Positions 9,736 through 17,011 of a DNA stretch of 64,000 nucleotides are shown here, piece after piece. The notes under the pieces were generated by a model. The model did not search any database, had not been told where the DNA came from, and was given only the letters and a program-made list of their open reading frames with translations. The stretch is taken from NCBI GenBank assembly GCA_049325275.1, contig JBMOLU010000008.1, forward strand, positions 93,460-157,459, in the 5' to 3' direction. Position 1 is the stretch's first letter. Each line of letters opens with the position of its first letter. Made by a program: the position numbers and the translations under genes. Origin of the DNA: Chloroflexota bacterium. GTDB taxonomy: Bacteria > Chloroflexota > Anaerolineae > Anaerolineales > UBA4823.

Positions 9736-11933
9736 GCAGCTACCTCTTGCGGATCATCGGCGTCCGTTTGCTGAGCATGCGGGGGTTCATCGCGCGCTGC
9801 CGCCGGCGCCTTCTCAGGCAGCGGCAAATCGCTCCCAGCCTCCTCGGCCAGTGTGCCGCCATCCTGAATGCGTTCGAGCAAAACAGCGCTGGCACCCGGC
9901 TGGATGCGCACTTCCGCTTTTGCGGCCCGTAGCAGACGGCCCAGTTCCAACACCGAGGCGCTCAAGATCGAGTCGACGCTGGTCGAAGAGCGCACCGAGC
10001 GAATGATTTCTGCGACCAACCGTTCCTGGGCTGCACGGCGTTGGCTGCGTTCCAACACGCGGGCGTTTTCCAGTGCCTGCGAGGTCTGCGCCAGCAACGC
10101 ATCGACCAGTTCGCGATCTTCCGACGACCAGTTTGCACGTTCCGAGTCGATTTCTACCTTGCCGATCGCAACGCCATCCAACACGATCGGCACATCGAGG
10201 CGGCTGCACGTTGCCTTGCTCGATATTTCATTTTCCTGTTCGTAGGTATAGCCCAACACCGGCCGCAAACGCAGTTCTTCCACCCAGCGCTCGCTCAAAA
10301 ACTGCTGATAGCGTTTTTCCAAGGTGTAATAGTTGTCGCGTAACTCATCAATCAGGCGCGTGGTGGTCAAGACAATACCGATATAGTCGGCAATGTATTG
10401 CAGTGTTTCCTGGTCTTCCGGTTTATCGAATGCACTCGGCTGCGTGGATTGAATGGCAATTGCCCCCAAGACTTCATGCTCGAAACGAATAGGGATGGCC
10501 GCTTCGCTGCGCGCCATCGGCAAACGGGTGAAACTGGTTTGCTCTTTCCGGCTGCCAACTTCCACTTTTTGAATCTGCCGGCGCGATATGGCCATGCCGA
10601 TGGTCGACGAACCACCCACCGTCAGGCGATACCCTGCCGGAACAACGTTGCCGGTGCCGGCTTGTAACACCGCATACAAACGCGCTTCATCCAACAAGAA
10701 AACGCCTACATAATAGTAACCAAACTTGTCCCCCAGTTCGGCCACCAGTGCATGAACGATATCGTCGACACTGCGCGTCGGGATAATCGTGCGCGTCAAC
10801 AGACGCAGGTGCTGCGCCTGTGATAGCTGCTGCTGAAAACCTTTTGCATCCGACAGTTCCTGACTGCTCTGGTCGAGGGCCGCCAACAGGCGATTGATCT
10901 CGCCGACAAGTGCGGCAAACTCATCCTTCCCTTTGACCGAAATCCGGTAGGAGAGGTCATCCTTCTCCCGAATCGAGCGTATCGAACGGTACAGGCTTAC
11001 CAGGCGCCGCCCAACAGCCAGATAAACGACCCCCACCATCAAGAGAATAACGGCAAAACCGCCCACACCAAAGGTGACCGCCAGCCAACGCTGCGTTTCC
11101 TGGCTTTGCACATACGCATCGCGTGGTGTCTCTATACGCAGAATAGCAATCCGCCGCCCGAGAATGTCTACCAGCGGGGCATAACGGGACGTCATTTCGT
11201 CATCGAACGACATCGGCAAAAGGTTCCCGTCACCATCTTCCAACGCCTGGTTGGCTTCTGCAAAATCGAACGGAAGCGCCGTGTTATCCAAAATGGCCAT
11301 ATCAAGCGGCAGGCGAATCTGGTCGGCCAGGCGCTCCAATTCGAGTGCATCCAAATAGCGCCCCATCACAATCGTACCGGTAATGATACCCTCACCGTTG
11401 CTAGGCAGGATCGGCTCCGTTGCAATCATCATTACGCCCTCGGGCAGCAAAATCATTCCTGATATGCCATCTTCGGCGTTCGTGTGCCGGGTAATAAACT
11501 GCCCGTTCGAACCGGTTTGGTTGGCTGTAATGTAGGCGAGCAAGCTTTGCGCACCGTCGACGACATTGTTGGTCTGCGCGCTGTAGGTTGCCTGATAAAT
11601 CACCCGGCCAACATCGTTGTAAATCACCACCATGTCGAGACCATAGTTCGCATAGGTATTGGCACCTAAGGAGGACTGCAAAAAGCCTGGGTTACTGTCT
11701 CCGACGAAACGATAGGTTTCATCCCAACGGGCATAGTCGCGCGTAACGCGTTTGATGCTGGTCAGTTCCCTGTCAATGGCCTGCAAGGCCCGTTGCGTGT
11801 TTACCTCGGATGCGCGCTGTTCAACTGCCAGATACCCATCGGCCACCACATGGCGGATGACGAAGAACAGGGCCACCAGCGCGGCAAGTATCGCGATGGA
11901 AACCGCAAGGATGGTCCGAAAACGTAAAGTCAT
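9732..11933 (-). CDS. Membrane receptor D: CHASE4, HAMP, GAF, partial GAF and helical tail; no output domain
   Basis: 733 aa. CHASE4-type RDYARWDETYRFV, HAMP (GKDEFAALVGEIN), GAF (KFGYYYVGVFLLD..RSEAAIPIRFEHEVLGAIAIQS). Confidence 0.87.
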   Translation of the reverse strand: MTLRFRTILAVSIAILAALVALFFVIRHVVADGYLAVEQRASEVNTQRALQAIDRELTSIKRVTRDYARWDETYRFVGDSNPGFLQSSLGANTYANYGLDMVVIYNDVGRVIYQATYSAQTNNVVDGAQSLLAYITANQTGSNGQFITRHTNAEDGISGMILLPEGVMMIATEPILPSNGEGIITGTIVMGRYLDALELERLADQIRLPLDMAILDNTALPFDFAEANQALEDGDGNLLPMSFDDEMTSRYAPLVDILGRRIAILRIETPRDAYVQSQETQRWLAVTFGVGGFAVILLMVGVVYLAVGRRLVSLYRSIRSIREKDDLSYRISVKGKDEFAALVGEINRLLAALDQSSQELSDAKGFQQQLSQAQHLRLLTRTIIPTRSVDDIVHALVAELGDKFGYYYVGVFLLDEARLYAVLQAGTGNVVPAGYRLTVGGSSTIGMAISRRQIQKVEVGSRKEQTSFTRLPMARSEAAIPIRFEHEVLGAIAIQSTQPSAFDKPEDQETLQYIADYIGIVLTTTRLIDELRDNYYTLEKRYQQFLSERWVEELRLRPVLGYTYEQENEISSKATCSRLDVPIVLDGVAIGKVEIDSERANWSSEDRELVDALLAQTSQALENARVLERSQRRAAQERLVAEIIRSVRSSTSVDSILSASVLELGRLLRAAKAEVRIQPGASAVLLERIQDGGTLAEEAGSDLPLPEKAPAAARDEPPHAQQTDADDPQEVAA

Positions 11934-11978
11934 AAGAATAACCTCGGCGAAAAACCGGCACCGGCGAAGCAGGATCTG

Positions 11979-12677
11979 CTACTCGCCGGTGTGGGTATCT
12001 TCTGGCTGCTCGGCGGCCAACAAAGTCGGCAAGCTGATCTCGATGCGAACGCGTCTCGCATCCAACATGCGGCCCAGTTCTTGTGCGGTGGTTTCGAGGA
12101 TCGTCTGCATGTCAACCGAACTACGAATTTTCATCGTGGCGTCATACAAACGGCGGTAACGACTGACATCCTGCTGAACCGGCCCAAACGAACGCAGCAT
12201 CTGCTCGTGCGCGGAGACTTGCGCCGCCACGACAGACAAGAACTGCAAATCGGTTTCGGAAAACTGGCCTTCTTCCATATAGTCCATCACGGCAATGGCG
12301 CCAAAAGCATCCCCCAATACAACGAGCGGCACGGCGAGCAGCGAAAACGCAGTTCGTGTCGTAAACCTGAGGTTGGCAAAGCGTTCTTTGCCATCCGCCA
12401 CACGCGCCAAGAGAACCGGCCTCGAACTTTGAACCACCTGAGAAAGGCTGTCTTCTTGCAAAGCGTACGCTTCAGCCTGCCGGCGTTGGCCATCGGCCCA
12501 CACGTAAGGCAGGTGAATCTGTTTCGCATCTCGATCATAGTACGCCACAGCCAAGCCTGCGCTTTCCCCAAACTGCTGGGCGACTATCTGATGGATGGCC
12601 GTGTAGACGATTTCTGGGTCTTGTGTTTTCGCAATGGCCTGACTCAGGGCATACAAAGAAGCAAATGGGCTGTCCAT
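11979..12677 (-). CDS. Small soluble GAF protein with the same C-terminal helical tail as receptors A-D
   Basis: About 232 aa; ATG 12677 follows AAGGAG. GAF core (LLAVPLVVLGDAFGAIAVMD..FSETDLQFL), then tail KIRSSVDMQTILETTAQELGRMLDARRVRIEI. Confidence 0.82.
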   Translation of the reverse strand: MDSPFASLYALSQAIAKTQDPEIVYTAIHQIVAQQFGESAGLAVAYYDRDAKQIHLPYVWADGQRRQAEAYALQEDSLSQVVQSSRPVLLARVADGKERFANLRFTTRTAFSLLAVPLVVLGDAFGAIAVMDYMEEGQFSETDLQFLSVVAAQVSAHEQMLRSFGPVQQDVSRYRRLYDATMKIRSSVDMQTILETTAQELGRMLDARRVRIEISLPTLLAAEQPEDTHTGE

Positions 12678-12836
12678 CAATCAACTCTCCTTAAGAACCT
12701 GTAAGAGCTTTCGCCTGCACTTCACCTACCCAGGCCACAAACCAATCCACCGATCACACTTTTACAAGTCCCAAGCGACGAAAAATTCTCCTCCGACCCA
12801 CCCCGGCCAGGTATGTGCCTCCATTGCAGTTCGCTA

Positions 12837-13259
12837 TCAACTCATTTCCCACACGGCTTCACCGGCCAGAATACGGCGGATTTGATCTGGAAAACGATCC
12901 ATATCCAGGGGTTTCCCCAAGAAACCATCAAACCCCGCCTGCCGCGCCTTGGCAATCTGCTCTTCGCTTGCTTCTGCGGTCACGGCGATGACACGCGTTT
13001 CCTTCAATGCAGGCGAGGAACGGATTTTCCGTAACGCACCGTATCCATCTTCATACGGCAAGCGGATGTCCATTAAAACCAGGTCGAGGCGAGGCAGGGT
13101 ATCGGCATATTCCACCACCTCGTAGCCGGAGGTCTTCCACTCGCAATGGATACCCATGTATCCGAGCATGCGAGCTATCAGAACGAAGTTGGATACGTTA
13201 TCTTCAACGACTAAGACCGTGATATCTTTCGGGAGAGCATCGTTCATTTGGTCGCTCAT
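12837..13259 (-). CDS. Stand-alone response regulator receiver (DivK/CheY-like)
   Basis: VLVVEDN, phosphoacceptor DLVLMDIRLP, AVTA and GFLGKP motifs; 140 aa with no output domain. Confidence 0.92.
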   Translation of the reverse strand: MSDQMNDALPKDITVLVVEDNVSNFVLIARMLGYMGIHCEWKTSGYEVVEYADTLPRLDLVLMDIRLPYEDGYGALRKIRSSPALKETRVIAVTAEASEEQIAKARQAGFDGFLGKPLDMDRFPDQIRRILAGEAVWEMS

Positions 13260-13296
13260 AAGGTTTTGTCCAGAAATGAATTTTGTTTGAAATCAG

Positions 13297-13686
13297 TTAG
13301 TAACCGAGACTGGCGTCTTCGATAAATTTGCGCACCTGCTCGGGAAGCAAATCCACATCGACCGGTTTTTGAATATAACCATCACAGCCGGCTTCGAGCG
13401 TACGCTCGCGGTCCCCGCGCATGACGTTCGCCGTCAAAGCGATAATGGGAACACCATCCAGGTTGGGATATTCACGCAAGCGGGCGGTCAGTGTCAGGCC
13501 GTCCATGTCCGGCAAATTGATGTCCATGAGAATCAGATCGGGCCGAAAGGTCTTGGCAACTTCGAGAGCCTTTTGCGGGTTCTCGGCTTCAACCACCTCA
13601 TAGCCTTCGACCATCAAAATACGCCGCACAAGCATGCGGTTATCGGGGTTATCTTCAACATAAAGAATAGTAGAATTCTCACTCAT
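13297..13686 (-). CDS. Stand-alone response regulator receiver (DivK-like)
   Basis: ILYVEDN, DLILMDINLP, ALTA, GYIQKP; start at ATG 13686 (MSENST). Confidence 0.92.
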   Translation of the reverse strand: MSENSTILYVEDNPDNRMLVRRILMVEGYEVVEAENPQKALEVAKTFRPDLILMDINLPDMDGLTLTARLREYPNLDGVPIIALTANVMRGDRERTLEAGCDGYIQKPVDVDLLPEQVRKFIEDASLGY

Positions 13687-13906
13687 GGAACACCTTAGTT
13701 GGATTTTAACATGCCGGCTTCCTGGTGCGCATTTCACCATCGTTACAGAAATATTGCATTCCTTTACTATTTTGCAATTTTGTCACCATCAAGAAGGATC
13801 GTATCCTTCCTGAAATGCGCCTCCATCTAACGTTCCTGGCAGGCTACCGGGGCTTAAATTTGCAGGCTCTTCCGCTTTCGGCGGGAAATGTCCCAGATTT
13901 GGGGTT

Positions 13907-13931
13907 TGATTGGGTGCTTCGCACCCGATCA
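13907..13931. repeat. Intergenic palindrome with a GTGC-TTC-GCAC core (REP-like)
   Basis: TGATTGGGTGC-TTC-GCACCCGATCA; same core as the hairpin at 42745. Confidence 0.45.
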
Positions 13932-14029
13932 CACATCCCGTTAAAGACGGGAGGGCCACTTTGCAAAAAAAAGCGCGACGCACAAATGCAGCATCGAGAG
14001 CAGGCTCGGGCTGTCCCGCTTTATGCGGG

Positions 14030-14977
14030 TCACGAAAGGATCAATTGGCTTGAAATGCTGCGTCCTTCATGGATGTGCAAAATAATGTCGGCCAGGAGAG
14101 GCGCTACCGAAAGGACGACCAGTTTGGCGTGGCGCTTTTCTGGCGGGACCGCAATGGTGTTGGTCACGACCAGTTTTTCAATGCGATCGTCCGTATCCAA
14201 AATTTTCAAGGCGCTTGGCAGCAAGACAGGGTGCGTAATCGAAAAGCAAGCCTTGCCGGTCGCGCCGTGCTCGTAGAGAATATCCAACTGCTTGAGAACA
14301 CTGCCCCCCGCCATAATATCGTCGATCACGATCGGGCGATGGCCTTCGATATCCCCGACGACATGGGAGGTGCGTGTTTCTGAAAAACTGGTACGGCGCT
14401 TGTGTAAGATGACGAGCGGCAAATTGAGCAGACCGGCATACTTGCCTGCCACACTCGCCCGGCCGACATCAGGGCTGACAATGGCCGCATCGGCATATTC
14501 GGGCGAACGGAAATATTCCGCCAACAACGGTAATGCGGTAAGCGGGTCTACCGGGATATTGAAAAAGCCCTGGATGGCCGGGTTGTGAATGTCTACAAAA
14601 ACGACCCGGCTGGCACCCATCGTTTCCAGCAGGTTTGCAACCACCCGTGCGCTGAGCGCCTCACGGCCGCGCGCCATGCGATCTTGCCGGGCATAAGGAA
14701 AGTAAGGGATCACCACACTTACCCGGTGTGCGCTGGCACGCCGGAAAGCATCGAGGTATAACAAGGTTTCCATGATGCATTCATTGACCGGAAAGCTGCC
14801 CGGTTGAATAAAGAAAATATCCTGTCCACGCACAACCTCATCGATCATGACATGGATCTCACTATCGGGCAGAAATGTACTGGTGGATTTCCCAACCGGC
14901 ACACCGAGAATATCGGCAATATCCTGCGCCAGTTCACGGTGGGCCGAACCAGAAAAAATTCGCAACGGATGAGCCAC
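14030..14977 (-). CDS. prs: Ribose-phosphate pyrophosphokinase
   Basis: [41 protein letters not shown]; 315 aa. Confidence 0.92.
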   Translation of the reverse strand: MAHPLRIFSGSAHRELAQDIADILGVPVGKSTSTFLPDSEIHVMIDEVVRGQDIFFIQPGSFPVNECIMETLLYLDAFRRASAHRVSVVIPYFPYARQDRMARGREALSARVVANLLETMGASRVVFVDIHNPAIQGFFNIPVDPLTALPLLAEYFRSPEYADAAIVSPDVGRASVAGKYAGLLNLPLVILHKRRTSFSETRTSHVVGDIEGHRPIVIDDIMAGGSVLKQLDILYEHGATGKACFSITHPVLLPSALKILDTDDRIEKLVVTNTIAVPPEKRHAKLVVLSVAPLLADIILHIHEGRSISSQLILS

Positions 14978-15020
14978 ACGACAACTCCTTCTACACTTTA
15001 TCGATTATAGAACAGAAGCT

Positions 15021-16406
15021 ATGAACGCAATCGCCCAGAAAGTTTACCAGACATGCCTTCAAACCAGGACATTAAACAGGAACTCCCATGCCTGCGACGT
15101 TGCCAGCGTGCTGGCCGCAGCGATCCAGGCGGTCGACCCATATGCCGCCGTGCAGAAAAATCTCGAACGCACACAAGCATCGCTTCGCATCGGACAGGCC
15201 ACCTACGATCAAAAAAGAGTGCATCTGCGGAAAGTCGTGGGCGCCGGCAAAGCATCCCCTGCGATGCTGCAAGCTGCGCTGGACGTCATAGGCGACCAGT
15301 TGGAAGGCGGCTGCGTCATCGCCAAGCACTTCGACGCAGAAAACTTGCAGACCGGTCTCGTACCGGTCCTCAAAGGCAGCCACCCCATTCCTGATGAGCA
15401 GTCGGTGCGGGCTACGCGCCGGCTGCTCAGCACCCTGCAAGGCAGCCGGCCGGACGACCTCATTCTCTGCCTGCTGTCCGGTGGGGGCTCGGCGCTCATG
15501 ACGGCGCCGCTGCCCGGTATAACGCTGGCCGATATGCAATCCATTACGGCAAAGTTATTGACCTGTGGTGCAACGATCCAAGAGATTAACACCTTACGCA
15601 AACACTTAGACGCGGCCAAAGGCGGCCGGTTGGCCCACCTGGCCTATCCGGCCAGCATGGCCTGCCTGATCCTCTCGGATGTGGTCGGCAATCCGCTCGA
15701 TATCATCGCTTCAGGCCCAACGGTGCCCGATCGATCTACCTACGCAGACTGTTGGGAAATTGTAACGCGCTATGCCCTGGAAAGGCAAATCCCGGCAAGC
15801 ATCGTCGCTGTCCTGCAAGCCGGTGTAGCGGGAGAAATCGCAGAAACACCCAAGCCGGGCGATCCGACTCTGGCGCGCACCTCGAATACACTGGTAGGCA
15901 GCAACCGCCAGGCGGCACTGGCCGGATTGGCGCAGGCCCAGGCGCTCGGCTATCATACGCTTCTGCTCACCACATATCTGCAAGGAGAAGCTCGTCTCGC
16001 CGGCCAGTTCATCGGGGCAATCGCGCGGCAAGTTGCAGAAAGCGGCGAGCCGGTTGCGCGGCCCGCCTGTATCGCCATTGGTGGCGAGACCACCGTCAGC
16101 GTGCATGGAGCCGGCAGGGGAGGGCGCAACCAGGAACTGGCTCTCGGCAGCGTCGACCACCTGGCGGGAATTGCCGGTTGCCTGTTGGTAACGTTTGCCA
16201 GCGACGGCGAAGATGGCCCCACCGACGCGGCGGGTGCGCTTGTCAGCGGCGAAACCCGGCAACAAGCTCGCACGCAAGGCTTGGAACCTGACGGCTTCCT
16301 GCAGGAAAACGACTCGTATAATTTCTTTCAGGCCATGGGCGATTTACTCACGCCCGGCCCAACCGGTACAAACGTCAACGACCTGGCGTTTTTATGGCTG
16401 TTCTGA
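15021..16406 (+). CDS. Glycerate kinase type 2 (MOFRL/TtuD family)
   Basis: GAGKA, LLSGGGSAL, INTLRKHL..KGG, LSDVVG, IASGPT, GGETTV, GRGGRNQELAL, SDGEDGPT, TGTNVNDL. Confidence 0.92.
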   Translation: MNAIAQKVYQTCLQTRTLNRNSHACDVASVLAAAIQAVDPYAAVQKNLERTQASLRIGQATYDQKRVHLRKVVGAGKASPAMLQAALDVIGDQLEGGCVIAKHFDAENLQTGLVPVLKGSHPIPDEQSVRATRRLLSTLQGSRPDDLILCLLSGGGSALMTAPLPGITLADMQSITAKLLTCGATIQEINTLRKHLDAAKGGRLAHLAYPASMACLILSDVVGNPLDIIASGPTVPDRSTYADCWEIVTRYALERQIPASIVAVLQAGVAGEIAETPKPGDPTLARTSNTLVGSNRQAALAGLAQAQALGYHTLLLTTYLQGEARLAGQFIGAIARQVAESGEPVARPACIAIGGETTVSVHGAGRGGRNQELALGSVDHLAGIAGCLLVTFASDGEDGPTDAAGALVSGETRQQARTQGLEPDGFLQENDSYNFFQAMGDLLTPGPTGTNVNDLAFLWLF

Positions 16407-16895
16407 TCAGGCCAGTTTGTAACCGATCTGGCGCAAAAAACCTTTGCGCCAGGCGATATCCTCATCGCCCTCGATACCCTGCGGCGGGAAACCATCGATC
16501 ACGCCTAGAATCCCGCGCCCCTGATCGGTTTCAGCAACCAGAACTTCGGTTGGGTTCGCCGTGGCGCAGAACACCCTGCACACTTCGGGAACGGATTTGA
16601 TCAGGTTCAGCACATTGATCGGGTAGTAACCGTTACCCAAAAATAAAATAAAACTGTGCCCGGCAGCGATCGCCTGGGCATTTTTTTGCGCCAGCGCGAT
16701 CATATCGCCATCCGTCCCCGACCAGCGGATCAGGCATTTTCCTGAGGCCTCACAAAACGCCAGGCCGAACTTAACGCCTGGCACGGCTGAAATCAGCGCT
16801 TCGTGAATGTCTTCTACAGTTTTGATAAAATGCGACTGCCCTAGAATGAAGTTAGTCTCTTCGGGCTTGTCAATTTTTACGGTACGGATTTCCAT
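16407..16895 (-). CDS. Adenosine-specific kinase family protein (DUF355/PAE2307-like)
   Basis: [55 protein letters not shown]. Confidence 0.85.
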   Translation of the reverse strand: MEIRTVKIDKPEETNFILGQSHFIKTVEDIHEALISAVPGVKFGLAFCEASGKCLIRWSGTDGDMIALAQKNAQAIAAGHSFILFLGNGYYPINVLNLIKSVPEVCRVFCATANPTEVLVAETDQGRGILGVIDGFPPQGIEGDEDIAWRKGFLRQIGYKLA

Positions 16896-16955
16896 AACGA
16901 CACTCCTGCTCTTAACGTCCTTTCATTTGACTTTGACTCCAAAGCATGGCATAAT

Positions 16956-17008
16956 AAAAGCGCTCTGATGACCGGTTGCCCCCCTCAATCGGTCACAGAG
17001 CGTTTTTT
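16956..17008. terminator. Bidirectional intrinsic terminator, ending the rpmF-tat-lipoprotein operon
   Basis: AAAAGCGCTCTGATGACCGGTTG-CCCCCT-CAATCGGTCACAGAGCGTTTTTT: hairpin with an A-tract before and a T-tract after, 3 nt past the stop at 17012. Confidence 0.7.
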
Positions 17009-17011
17009 GAT

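Noticed and set aside
13725-14276. 183-aa plus-strand ORF in the gap between the receiver and prs
   Set aside because: Overlaps the prs 3' end antisense, has no RBS or recognisable motif, and crosses AT-rich promoter-like DNA and a palindrome.
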